The position numbers were made by a program, and so were the translations under genes. DNA of 64,000 nt from an uncultured archaeon (GTDB lineage Archaea > Asgardarchaeota > Thorarchaeia > Thorarchaeales > Thorarchaeaceae): NCBI GenBank assembly GCA_964354495.1, contig CAYHAA010000001.1:257870-321869 (forward strand), given 5' to 3'. Positions within the stretch are counted from its first letter, which is position 1. Every line of letters starts with the position of its first letter. Positions 1 to 8,965 of the stretch are shown in pieces. Under the pieces are notes generated by a model. The model saw only the letters and a program-made list of their open reading frames with translations. It was not told the DNA's origin and ran no database searches.

Positions 1-150
1 AGCACCCTTTGCATCGAAGACACGAAGCCTGTCGCCATAATCTAGCGAGAAGACCTGCGTGCTAGCGTCCCTTTTCTGTCTGACGTAGACCGAGTATACA
101 TTTGACACTGTGGGTACACTCGCAACCTCGCGAATCTTCAAGCCGCTCAT
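1..150 (-). CDS. Partial CDS: N-terminal 50 codons of a gene that continues beyond the window start; function unknown
   Basis: The reverse-complement frame is open from an ATG at 150..148 to position 1 (MSGLKIREVASVPTVSNVYSVYVRQKRDASTQVF...). It lies divergent to the HDAC gene. It is below the ORF-track cutoff and truncated, so there is no family assignment. Confidence 0.25.
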   Translation of the reverse strand, partial: MSGLKIREVASVPTVSNVYSVYVRQKRDASTQVFSLDYGDRLRVFDAKGA

Positions 151-207
151 AGCACCTTCTTGAGCATTGTTGCATATCCATATAAGTTTGCTAGGACTCC
201 AAGGACG

Positions 208-1287
208 ATGATGAGAGAACCTGCCAAATGCAGTGTCGGCTTTCTTTGGAGCCCACTTCTCGAAACCTTTGACTTTGGAAAGAAACATCCTATTCAAGTG
301 GGACGCTTCAAGATGATACATGACTTTGTGGAAGAGCAAGGCTTCCTCGATCTACCCGACGTCCGAGTCATCACTCCTGAACCATTGCCTGAGGATCTCT
401 TGAGAGTCATTCATGCTGAGAGTTATATAGAGAAGGTTCGGAGGATTTCTGAATCTGGTGTCGGCGAGATTGACATCGACACGCCCGGATTCAAGGGGAT
501 TTACACCAATGCACGAATTGTCTCTGGTGCATCGGTCACGGGAGTCAAAGCAGTTCTATCAGGTGAAATAAACCACTTTGTTTCACCCACGGGCGGGTTC
601 CATCATGCTATGTATGAACACGGCGGAGGTTTCTGCATCTTCAACGATGTCGCAGCCTGCGTCTATGAACTGAAACAGAGAGGTGTTGAGAGAGTCCTCA
701 TAGCTGATTTCGACGTACACCATGGGAATGGAACTCAGGAGTATTTCTATGACGACTCTGGCGTGATGCAGATTTCCTTTCATGAGGACCCTGAGTGGAT
801 GTATCCTCATGATGGTTTTATTGAAGACATTGGAGTAGGACCAGGTCTCGGATTTAACGTCAACATGCCCTTTCCAATGGACTCTGGCGATGCAGTTTAC
901 AGGTATGCCTTCGATAGACTAGTACCCAAGCTAATTCACTATTACAGCCCTCAGTTCATCCTGTTCATTCCTGGCTTCGACGCGCACTACTTGGACAGAC
1001 TTGCTCACCTCAAACTGACCACTGATATGACTCGCCATATCACGTCAGAGATTCATAGAGCTGCTCATGATTACTGCGATGGGAAGATGGGCGTTATGAC
1101 TGGGGGTGGGTATCACCCCGATTCTCTACTGTGGGGCATCGGAACTGTGATATCAGAGCTCTCCGGAGCTCCCTATGACCCCCCTCCACAGACACCTCCA
1201 TTCAAAGACGACAGGGAGACGTGGGATGAGGTAAAGTCGAATGTTGCCAGAGTGGAGGAATTGGTCTTCCCGATTCTTGGTATATAG
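208..1287 (+). CDS. Histone deacetylase / acetoin-utilisation AcuC-family deacetylase (arginase-deacetylase fold)
   Basis: Contains DFDVHHGNGTQ (the HDAC DxDxHHGDG zinc/catalytic signature) and a GGGFCIFNDVA-type motif. The ORF-track start at 160 is a TTG. The first in-frame ATG (MMREP...) is at 208, which matches where HDAC N-termini usually begin. Confidence 0.85.
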   Translation: MMREPAKCSVGFLWSPLLETFDFGKKHPIQVGRFKMIHDFVEEQGFLDLPDVRVITPEPLPEDLLRVIHAESYIEKVRRISESGVGEIDIDTPGFKGIYTNARIVSGASVTGVKAVLSGEINHFVSPTGGFHHAMYEHGGGFCIFNDVAACVYELKQRGVERVLIADFDVHHGNGTQEYFYDDSGVMQISFHEDPEWMYPHDGFIEDIGVGPGLGFNVNMPFPMDSGDAVYRYAFDRLVPKLIHYYSPQFILFIPGFDAHYLDRLAHLKLTTDMTRHITSEIHRAAHDYCDGKMGVMTGGGYHPDSLLWGIGTVISELSGAPYDPPPQTPPFKDDRETWDEVKSNVARVEELVFPILGI

Positions 1288-1289
1288 CC

Positions 1290-1946
1290 TCAGTCTGTTT
1301 CTGCAATCAATCTGCGTGCCAAATCTACTGCGCTCATTGCATCCTTCCCAAACGCATCTGCGCCAGTGTAGTCCACAATGCTCTGATCAATGTCTCCCCC
1401 GCCAATCATGACCTTCACTTTTTTCCTCATGCCTGCCTGTTTGAGCGCAGCTATGGTCTTCTTCATGACGTCATGTGTCGTCGTAATCAGACCACTCAGG
1501 GCGAGAACCTTAGCATCTGTTTCTCTCAATTTCTCAATGAACTTCTCGGGTGGGACGTCTTCGCCAAGGTCATGGACTTCAAAACCATTGGACTTCAAAA
1601 AGGCGACAACGAGGTTCTTTCCGATATAATGTATATCTCCTTGTACAGTGCCGATCACAATCTTTCCGCTATAGCTCGACTTCTGAGATGAGAGAAGGGC
1701 CGGCTCGAGCTTCTTCATTGCTCGTTTGAATACATCCGCTGACATGACGAGCTCTACGAGAAAATACTCATTCTTGGAGAATCTTTCACCAACTATGTCC
1801 ATTCCTTCCTTGAGTTGGCCAAGAATCGTGTGGGGGTCAATACGGCCTGAAATGTACTTTTCAACAAGACGAAGTACCTTTTTGTCATCGATGTCTGCCA
1901 TAGCTGTTACAAGTTCCTTCACTTCATTTGATGCCTCCAGATGCAA
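1290..1946 (-). CDS. Cobalamin-binding corrinoid protein (MtaC/MttC-like, B12-binding cap plus Rossmann domain)
   Basis: Contains DIHYIGKNLV, the DxHxxG B12 lower-ligand motif. It has an N-terminal helical cap (EVKELVTAMADIDDKKVLRLVEKYI) and a flavodoxin-like Rossmann tail (GADAFGKDA). The start codon is TTG. Confidence 0.8.
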   Translation of the reverse strand: MHLEASNEVKELVTAMADIDDKKVLRLVEKYISGRIDPHTILGQLKEGMDIVGERFSKNEYFLVELVMSADVFKRAMKKLEPALLSSQKSSYSGKIVIGTVQGDIHYIGKNLVVAFLKSNGFEVHDLGEDVPPEKFIEKLRETDAKVLALSGLITTTHDVMKKTIAALKQAGMRKKVKVMIGGGDIDQSIVDYTGADAFGKDAMSAVDLARRLIAETD

Positions 1947-2221
1947 TTTAGGACACCTGTGAGTAAGAACAGCGTATCATATATCTTTCCTCATACTAAC
2001 GCAGTTGAATCAAGAGACATGCCCTCAGAATTCTCGTGGGAAGCCAGGTAGAAATGCCTTGCTTCTCTGGCTATTCTCTCAGCTCTGACCCTGCTTGCCA
2101 AAGACAGACGTAATCCTCTTGCACCTTCTCATGACGCATCCAGAATCATGCACGATACATCTGCCGCGGCTCGTAAGCCCGATGGTTCCGAATACTACGA
2201 CGCGTTTTGGCATATGATTAC

Positions 2222-3202
2222 CTATCCAATCCTGAATCTTGGATGCTGCCTGTCCGGTCTAATGCCTTCCTCTAGAAAAACGCCTGACAGTGCAGTGTCG
2301 ATCATCGCGATCGATGGAAATACAATTGATGCGTGCTTGATTGGGCCATAGAGTATAAAGTCAGCTCCAAGCACGACAGGCATGAGACTGGAACCAACAA
2401 GGGCTGCATCTCTGGCTTCCTTACCGAACTTTGGTACAAGTCCGACCCATGTATTCACTGCATTATGAGCTCCGCACCCTACAGGATATCCCAACTTGCC
2501 TTTTGCATGTTGCAGAGCCTTGCTAGCAATACCAAGAGTCAGCATGTCTACGACACCCGTGTCAATCATTATGTTCTGAATTCCGATAGTCAGAGACCTA
2601 TTTAGCAGGTCTTCTGCAATCCTAAGCCTCTTCTTCGAAGAAGCCATGGACTCGCTGTCAAAGGCCAGAACTACTGCGTTCTTCAGTCCCAGTCCGTGCA
2701 TTTCCTCGAGGGTGCTAGGATCAGTTTCCGGAACTATTGAGTTGAGTACAACCCGTTCCATTATTCCAAGCTCAGAAGCTCTCTCCAATCCAGCCAGATT
2801 CACTTCATTAGAACCTGATCCGTCGATAAGCAGAGGCATCTCTGTGATATTAGAGAGAAATGAAATGTACTCTCTCATGGCATCTGGCGTGGCTCCGACG
2901 ACATCCAGCATACTGGGGAGACCGGTGGCATCAGATATCTTCGAGAGCTGTTCGAGGGCCTGTTCTACCTCGGCTCTCTGTACTGTCCCCTTCTTGGGAT
3001 CCTGCACAAGCTTATCCTTGACGTAAAAAATGGAACCAATAAGGACTGTTGGAGTCAGCCCGGGCTGTCCACCAATTTTGATACCACCTATTTCCAATGT
3101 CTTCTGAGATGTCGAGTAGTGATACACATACTTGGTCTCCTTTGCTCTGCTCAGACATTCATTTGTGCCTTTAAGCACACAGGTTCTGCTTGAATCTCGC
3201 AC
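2222..3202 (-). CDS. MtrH-family methyltransferase (tetrahydromethanopterin/tetrahydrofolate:corrinoid methyltransferase-like)
   Basis: Near-colinear with methanogen MtrH: EIGGIKIGGQPGLTPTVLIGSIFY versus MtrH FGGQPGEYPT..GTIFY. PVGCGAHNAVNTW and GADFILYGPIKHASIVFPSIAMIDT also match MtrH motifs. The true start is probably internal to the ORF, since about 20 extra N-terminal residues have no counterpart. It sits adjacent to the corrinoid protein above. Confidence 0.75.
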   Translation of the reverse strand: MRDSSRTCVLKGTNECLSRAKETKYVYHYSTSQKTLEIGGIKIGGQPGLTPTVLIGSIFYVKDKLVQDPKKGTVQRAEVEQALEQLSKISDATGLPSMLDVVGATPDAMREYISFLSNITEMPLLIDGSGSNEVNLAGLERASELGIMERVVLNSIVPETDPSTLEEMHGLGLKNAVVLAFDSESMASSKKRLRIAEDLLNRSLTIGIQNIMIDTGVVDMLTLGIASKALQHAKGKLGYPVGCGAHNAVNTWVGLVPKFGKEARDAALVGSSLMPVVLGADFILYGPIKHASIVFPSIAMIDTALSGVFLEEGIRPDRQHPRFRIG

Positions 3203-3424
3203 TATAAGGAAGAGCTCAACATTACTGGATTTCCTTTGAGGACTGAATGTGTTGGTCCATGGAGATGAGTGCCTCTTGGTTCAACTGAAGATGTGGCCTA
3301 TGGTGTTACGATGGAACTTGCTCAGAGAATAGGAAGTGAATTATCCCAGATAGGTTAACAAGCATACAGTATGATTGGACGCACTCGAGGACACAGAAAC
3401 GCATTGTGTGGGGTCTGATTCATC

Positions 3425-4891
3425 ATGCCAAGTAAATCAGGAAAGCACACTGGTAAGAAACCTGCCAAAGATCAAACACTAACGATTGATGAAGGGTATG
3501 TTCTCAATAGTGATGCCATCGATACAATTTTTGGACTATCACCAAGTGGCATTGTTGTAATAGGGCTTGACTTCGTTATTGAGTATATCAATAATCAAGG
3601 CTGCAAGATATTCGGCGCCCCCCGTAAGAATCTGGTTGGCCATGATTTTAGAGACTTCCTGCAGGAGGACACCGTTCAAATGATGGCTGAGCGCTATCAG
3701 CTTCGCAGGGAAGGAAAGAATGTACCTTCTGTCTACCCACTCCATATCCTCCGCAAGGATGGTGTGGAGCTGACAGTGGAGGGCCGTGCTGATGTTGTCA
3801 AAGGTCCGGATGGGAACCTCAAAACAGTCGCCCATTTCTTGGACATCACACAGATAGAGCGAAGGCAAGAAGAACTCGAGCAGTCGCAGACACGATACCA
3901 GACTCTTGTTGAAACCATGAACGAAGGACTCGTCATCGATAATAATGAAGGAATTCTCACCTATGCGAACGATGCCTTCTGCAATATGATTGATAGGTCT
4001 CAGGCTGCCATCATCGGAAGACCCTGGATTTCCTTGGTCACTGACATGAGCATGGAACGAATCATGGAGAAATTCGAAGCGCGCAAGAAGGGCATATCTG
4101 AGCGATACGAGTTGACGTGGAAAAGCACAACAAGCGCCCTAGTTCCAACCATCGTTTCTGCCAAGCCGCTCTTTGGCCGGAATGGTGATTTCCTCGGAAC
4201 CTTCGCCGTAGTCACAGAAATCAAGGCGCAGAAAGATGCTGAAGAAACCATTCAATTCTACCTTGATCTCCTATCTCATGATGTCGCGAATCAACTTCAA
4301 GTCATAATGACAAGTAGTGGTCTCCTCGAGGAAGAGGTGCCAAAGTCGTATATTGACGATGCAGCAAAGAACATCCTGGATGCTGTCGAACGCTGCAATA
4401 GGCTCATAACCAAGGTGAAGAGAGCTGCTCAGATTCGTGAAGTTCCAATATCAAGTGTTGAGCTGATGCAGGTTCTCTCTGAAAAAATCGCTGTGCTCGA
4501 AAAGGTGTATGCCGCTAAGGTGCATTTCGAGGGACCAAAGAGGGTTCTCATGGTGGAAGCGGATATGCTATTGGGAGAGCTTCTCTGGAACCTGTTAGAG
4601 AATGCCGCACATCACAATCCTACTGAACCTAGGGAAGTCTGGGTTTCTACCAAGGCAAAGAGTGATTCTATTGAACTCTCAATAGCTGATAATGGTCCTG
4701 GAATAAGCGATGCCAGAAAGAGAGATCTCTTCACTGAACGAAAATATGGTAGTGGCGTTGGTCTTAGGCTTGTCCGTCAGATGATACGCAAATACGGTGG
4801 CTCAATCGAGGTAGAAGATAGAGTGAAGGGCAATTCAAGTGAGGGGTCCAAATTCATTGTTACCTTAAGAAGGTCAAGGAAGAGCAAGTGA
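3425..4891 (+). CDS. Sensor histidine kinase with tandem PAS domains (orphan; no response regulator adjacent)
   Basis: PAS-like segments (GIVVIGLDFVIEYINNQGCKIFG; GLVIDNNEGILTYANDAFCNMI). H-box LSHDVANQLQV. N-box NLLENAAHHNP. G1 DNGPGI. G2 GSGVGLRLV. Confidence 0.85.
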   Translation: MPSKSGKHTGKKPAKDQTLTIDEGYVLNSDAIDTIFGLSPSGIVVIGLDFVIEYINNQGCKIFGAPRKNLVGHDFRDFLQEDTVQMMAERYQLRREGKNVPSVYPLHILRKDGVELTVEGRADVVKGPDGNLKTVAHFLDITQIERRQEELEQSQTRYQTLVETMNEGLVIDNNEGILTYANDAFCNMIDRSQAAIIGRPWISLVTDMSMERIMEKFEARKKGISERYELTWKSTTSALVPTIVSAKPLFGRNGDFLGTFAVVTEIKAQKDAEETIQFYLDLLSHDVANQLQVIMTSSGLLEEEVPKSYIDDAAKNILDAVERCNRLITKVKRAAQIREVPISSVELMQVLSEKIAVLEKVYAAKVHFEGPKRVLMVEADMLLGELLWNLLENAAHHNPTEPREVWVSTKAKSDSIELSIADNGPGISDARKRDLFTERKYGSGVGLRLVRQMIRKYGGSIEVEDRVKGNSSEGSKFIVTLRRSRKSK

Positions 4892-4902
4892 CGGAGTCGT
4901 CA

Positions 4903-5271
4903 TTAGACGTTATTATGGATTCTCTGGTATAGTCCTTCAAAGAAGTCCTTCTTCCTCGTCTTTCCTGCGTTTATCTTGAAGAAGTTCGTTCTTATTCGAT
5001 AGAGTCTCCGCTTGACCAATTCATAGTCCTTGATGCCTCTCTTTCCGACTGCACTCTCGAGTATTGTTGTGACTGCTTCGGGAAAGTTGTCAATATACTG
5101 ACACTGCTTGACTTGGATATGAAAGAGCGTGTTTCTCAATATTTCTGTTCTAGAGATACATCTGTTTTCCATTGCGCACAGGTCCCACTCATATAGGATG
5201 AGTTCCTCTAATAAGAGTTCTAATAATCGCGTTACAGCATCTAGTAATACTCTTCTCAGGTTTTGTGTCAA
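4903..5271 (-). CDS. Hypothetical protein (122 aa), basic/helical, in a locally AT-rich patch
   Basis: This is the longest ORF in the 4892..5325 gap. It has no recognisable motif. The opposite-strand ORF 5129..5383 is shorter and has lower-complexity composition. Confidence 0.3.
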   Translation of the reverse strand: MTQNLRRVLLDAVTRLLELLLEELILYEWDLCAMENRCISRTEILRNTLFHIQVKQCQYIDNFPEAVTTILESAVGKRGIKDYELVKRRLYRIRTNFFKINAGKTRKKDFFEGLYQRIHNNV

Positions 5272-5325
5272 TATGGTTGAAGTTTTAATGCAGAATGTAG
5301 ATAACGATGTGAGTTCGATTGAACC

Positions 5326-6021
5326 ATGCGAATCGCTTCTGTCATTGATATCAGCCTTGTCGATGTTCCCAAGATCCCCGTGACTGTGATTTTCACTGCT
5401 GGGTGCAACATGGACTGCCCCTACTGCCAGAATGCTGAGATAATACCGCTCAAGTCAGGAGCTGCGATGAAGATTCCCGAGATTGTGGAGCGAGTGCGAG
5501 GAAGTATGAGCGATGGTTGCTGTATCACTGGCGGAGAGCCAACCATCCATAGAGACCTGCCAGACCTGCTGAAGGCATTACGAGACGCTGGAACGGGCCA
5601 TATCAATCTGAACACACAGGGTACCGTGCCTAATGTATTGAAGAAGTGTTTGCCCTATCTCGATTCCATATGGTTCGATGTGAAGACAGTTCCAGAAAGA
5701 TATGCAGAAGTCACCCGTGCAAGGAGTGACCCGTGGCCACGTGTGCTGAAAAGCATAAAGCTTCTTCTTGATTCAAGCGTCGCGTTTTGGCCTAGGACAA
5801 CTTATGTTGGTCGCTGGATGCACCCCGAAGAGATAGAGAGGATCGCCTATCTTCTAGTTGATTTGGGATTTGAGGGAGCATACCTGGTGCAGAACTACGT
5901 CCGCTCGTCAGGGACTCGAGAATCAGAAACTGTAGACTTCGAGGGACCTTCAATTCACGAAATAGAACAAATCAGGGAGAGACTTCCCCCTACAATCCGT
6001 CTAAATCTAGAATGGCGCTAG
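5326..6021 (+). CDS. Radical SAM activating enzyme (anaerobic ribonucleotide reductase-activating / PflA-like small activase family)
   Basis: The N-terminus SLVDVPKIPVTVIFTAGCNMDCPYCQNAEI carries CxxxCxxC directly after a 'V-D-x-P-G-K-I' style motif typical of this small activase family. The length (231 aa) fits. Confidence 0.75.
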   Translation: MRIASVIDISLVDVPKIPVTVIFTAGCNMDCPYCQNAEIIPLKSGAAMKIPEIVERVRGSMSDGCCITGGEPTIHRDLPDLLKALRDAGTGHINLNTQGTVPNVLKKCLPYLDSIWFDVKTVPERYAEVTRARSDPWPRVLKSIKLLLDSSVAFWPRTTYVGRWMHPEEIERIAYLLVDLGFEGAYLVQNYVRSSGTRESETVDFEGPSIHEIEQIRERLPPTIRLNLEWR

Positions 6022-6124
6022 CTCATCCGAATGACACACAGACAACCTTTTAAATGCCCTCGGGGTCATCTTGTTTTGACCACGCCAGAACCTAGGTGTT
6101 AGTCCCCTGGAGTGTTGACTTATC

Positions 6125-6856
6125 ATGTTTCCAACGCAGAGTATGGGCTACGACCGAGCAATAACTGTCTTTAGTCCCGAAGGAAGATTGTATCAAGTAG
6201 AGTATGCGACCGAAGCAGTCCGTCATGGACCGCTAGCTGTGGGAGTCAAGGCAGTCGATGGTGTTGTACTGGCGGGAGAGAAGAGATCCCCTCACGTGCT
6301 AGCAGACCTTGATACCCTCAAGAAGCTCTTACTGATTGATGACCACGTGGGATGTGCAATTGCTGGCCTTCATGCAGACGCAAGGAAGCTCATTGACCAA
6401 GCAAGAATTCAGTCTCAAATAAACAGACTGAGCTATGATGAGCCGATCTCTATTCAGTCTCTTGTGGTGAATATCTGCGATACAAAACAGATTCACACTC
6501 AGTATGGGGGAGCTCGCCCATTTGGAGTTTCTCTCCTGGTTGCAGGTGTTGATGATAATGGTCCCCAATTGTACACTACTGACCCATCTGGTTCATTTTG
6601 GGGTTGGAAAGCTGCAGCGATTGGAAAGGAGTCTGATGTAGTCCGTGACTTCTTCGCTGAGAACTACAAGGATAATATGAAACTGGATGCTGCATTGAAC
6701 CTTGCTCTAAAGGGTCTGTTGCGGTCAGAGGATCTCTCCGCACTGAACGCGGCAGAAAAATCCAAGACAATCGAGATTGGAAAAATAAGCACGACTGACA
6801 AGTTATTCAGGATCCTTCCACAGAGTGAAGTAGAGGTCATACTTGCAGCGCTCTAG
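6125..6856 (+). CDS. psmA: Proteasome alpha subunit
   Basis: MGYDRAITVFSPEGRLYQVEYA is the archaeal 20S alpha N-terminal signature. The rest follows the Ntn-hydrolase alpha-subunit fold (GVDDNGPQLYTTDPSG). Length 243 aa. Confidence 0.92.
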   Translation: MFPTQSMGYDRAITVFSPEGRLYQVEYATEAVRHGPLAVGVKAVDGVVLAGEKRSPHVLADLDTLKKLLLIDDHVGCAIAGLHADARKLIDQARIQSQINRLSYDEPISIQSLVVNICDTKQIHTQYGGARPFGVSLLVAGVDDNGPQLYTTDPSGSFWGWKAAAIGKESDVVRDFFAENYKDNMKLDAALNLALKGLLRSEDLSALNAAEKSKTIEIGKISTTDKLFRILPQSEVEVILAAL

Positions 6857-6890
6857 TACTCATTCATTGGCACAATCAGAAACCTGTTTC

Positions 6891-7787
6891 TCAGCGGTTG
6901 GTCTGCTCGACAAGTTTGTCAACGATTAAACCTGCGACATCTAGTCCAGTCACACTGGCGAGTGCACTCCATGATGGCGCAGCATTTGCCTCTATCACGC
7001 ATGGTCCATCTGGCGTTTCGATTATGTCTACTCCTGTGTAATCGAGATTCAGCACCTCTGCAGTCTTTATTGCGCACTCCTTGTACTCCGGTTCAAGCTG
7101 CATGACCACAGCCTCTCCTCCACCGTGAACGTTTGTACGCCATTCTCCGGGAATATCGTGTGGAACATATCGATACATCGAACCAATCACCTTCCCCCCA
7201 ATGACAAAAGCTCTGATGTCCCTGTTGGGCTTCTCTATCATTTCTTGGACATAGAGTACTTGACCGAGCTGATGAATGAATTTCATTGCTCGGTACGTCA
7301 ATTCCTCATTCTCTGCATGGATCGAGCCCATTCCTCTGGCCCCAATCATAGGCTTGATTACTACATCCCCCACCTCATCAACGAATTTCACCGCTGCGTC
7401 GAGATTTTCTCCAATGAATGTCCTTGGTACTCTGATTCCTGCTTTACTCAGCGCAGTCAAGGTGGCATACTTATCCTTCGCCCGCCTGAATGAGTATGCT
7501 GGATTCATCACATAGATACCAGCATTCTCAAAATGCTCAAGAAGGCTGATTCTATATGTGACCTGCTCACCTGTTCCGAATCCGATTGTGCGAACCAGAA
7601 CGCCGTCCATGTTGGAAACGTCCTCTTCATCAAGGTAGGTGAACTTGTCTGGAATTTCAGCTGAAACATCGGGCAATCGAAAGGGCTTTGGCTCATGCCC
7701 CTTTGCCTTCATGGCTTCGATTAGACCAGCTGTTGCCCAGTTGTTTATGTTCTCGTGATAGACTACTCCAAAGAGACGACCAGGCAT
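6891..7787 (-). CDS. RimK/LysX/MptN-family ATP-grasp alpha-L-glutamate ligase
   Basis: ATP-grasp architecture. Motifs VVIKPMIGARGMG, RAFVIGGKV and a C-terminal GVDIIETPDGPCVIEANAAPSW are typical of RimK-like ligases. The likely start is MPGRLFGVVY. Confidence 0.8.
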   Translation of the reverse strand: MPGRLFGVVYHENINNWATAGLIEAMKAKGHEPKPFRLPDVSAEIPDKFTYLDEEDVSNMDGVLVRTIGFGTGEQVTYRISLLEHFENAGIYVMNPAYSFRRAKDKYATLTALSKAGIRVPRTFIGENLDAAVKFVDEVGDVVIKPMIGARGMGSIHAENEELTYRAMKFIHQLGQVLYVQEMIEKPNRDIRAFVIGGKVIGSMYRYVPHDIPGEWRTNVHGGGEAVVMQLEPEYKECAIKTAEVLNLDYTGVDIIETPDGPCVIEANAAPSWSALASVTGLDVAGLIVDKLVEQTNR

Positions 7788-7951
7788 AGAATACACCTCT
7801 ACTCTGCTGTACTGCGTACGGTGTCTTCTTGTTTAAAGAGATATCCAGAAGACATCATAAGTAGGTAAAGGCTAAGAGCATTGGAGCAGTTCTGATTATT
7901 CGAGATTCACTGTCCCCGAATCAAGCGACCTGAAGAAGCGTGTCGAGAAGG

Positions 7952-8965
7952 ATGATTAACAGAATAGTCGAGATTTCTGAAGAGCTTTCGAGAGAAGGAA
8001 GAAAGGACCCCGATCTGGTTTCCCGTATGGAAATCGCTCTTCAGGGGCAGTTCCCGCAGTTCCTCATGATATCTCCAATCAACAGAAGCTCTCAGGACCT
8101 GCAGCTTTTTGGCATGACCATGGGCGACGTATTCCATGGCACACGTGTTCCAGGGATGCCTCTTCTCACACCAGAGCGTTCCAGAATTCTGTATGGGGGT
8201 CCTATAGCCTACAACCACGAATTTCCTGATAAGAGAGGTGTCATTCTGACCTTTGAGCAGGATGAGCACGAGAATGTAATCAAGGAGTCACTGGATAACC
8301 TCGTGCGTCATCCTGACATGAAGGGGATTCCCATAATTGTATTTCGAGTTGACTACGAACAAGGTAGAGCCCGTATTGTGGTTCATGGGAAGGGGAGGAA
8401 CTATGAGGCTGAGAATAGGTTGCTTTCACGATTGCGGCGACCGGGCAGTATGGATACAAGTACCCTCGTCTTATTATGTTCAGACTCGAGAATTCGGCCA
8501 CCCGTCACTCCAGAAGGGGTTCCCTTGGCGATTCAGACACTTGGTGGGTATGTTCCGAGATATTCCGGAGCAGATGATGAAACACTCCAACTTGCTGGCT
8601 TCCTTGCTGAGTGGCTATCTCCGGATGCTGCATCCCGAGAAATTCTCATCGTTGCCCATGGCAATTTCGAGGGAGAAGGGCCCTCATGTGGTGCAGGACG
8701 GGCATGCCTTAATCCTGAATCTGTGAAGAATCCTTTTCTCCGTTCGGTCATGACTGAATTACAGCAGGCCGCCCTGCCCTTTGAGCCTCATGAGTCCAAG
8801 AACGCAGAGGAGCGTGTGAAGTCACTCTCTCTGGCTATCAGGGAAAATCTTCTCAGCTATCCTGCCGTGCAGAGTTTTTCGGAATCACGTCCAGCCCATT
8901 TCATTGACATACTCCTGATGGATACGGTGTCGAATGTCTTGTCAGCTGCAAATCTGAATCCCTAA
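7952..8965 (+). CDS. Beta-carbonic-anhydrase-like protein with ~150-aa N-terminal extension
   Basis: LLCSDSRIRPP matches the beta-CA CxDSR zinc-ligand motif. HGNFEGEGPSCG is an HxxC-like second site with a longer spacer than canonical HxxCG. C-terminal QNLLxYP-like ENLLSYPAVQ. The N-terminal half has no match. The ORF-track start is GTG; the first ATG is at 7952. Confidence 0.5.
   Translation: MINRIVEISEELSREGRKDPDLVSRMEIALQGQFPQFLMISPINRSSQDLQLFGMTMGDVFHGTRVPGMPLLTPERSRILYGGPIAYNHEFPDKRGVILTFEQDEHENVIKESLDNLVRHPDMKGIPIIVFRVDYEQGRARIVVHGKGRNYEAENRLLSRLRRPGSMDTSTLVLLCSDSRIRPPVTPEGVPLAIQTLGGYVPRYSGADDETLQLAGFLAEWLSPDAASREILIVAHGNFEGEGPSCGAGRACLNPESVKNPFLRSVMTELQQAALPFEPHESKNAEERVKSLSLAIRENLLSYPAVQSFSESRPAHFIDILLMDTVSNVLSAANLNP

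Noticed and set aside
1290-3202. Pyrrolysine (in-frame UAG) methylamine methyltransferase next to the corrinoid protein
   Set aside because: Neither neighbouring ORF is MttB/MtbB/MtmB-like. No long frame interrupted by a single TAG is visible around the cluster.
583-4251. Assorted 60-126-aa ORFs antisense or out-of-frame to the HDAC, corrinoid, MtrH and histidine-kinase genes (for example 583..810, 1390..1629, 1473..1691, 1726..1962, 2333..2605, 2646..3026, 3539..3868, 3733..3960, 4000..4251)
   Set aside because: Each lies wholly within a longer ORF that has clear family motifs. The compositions are Ser/Arg/Leu-rich, typical of antisense frames.
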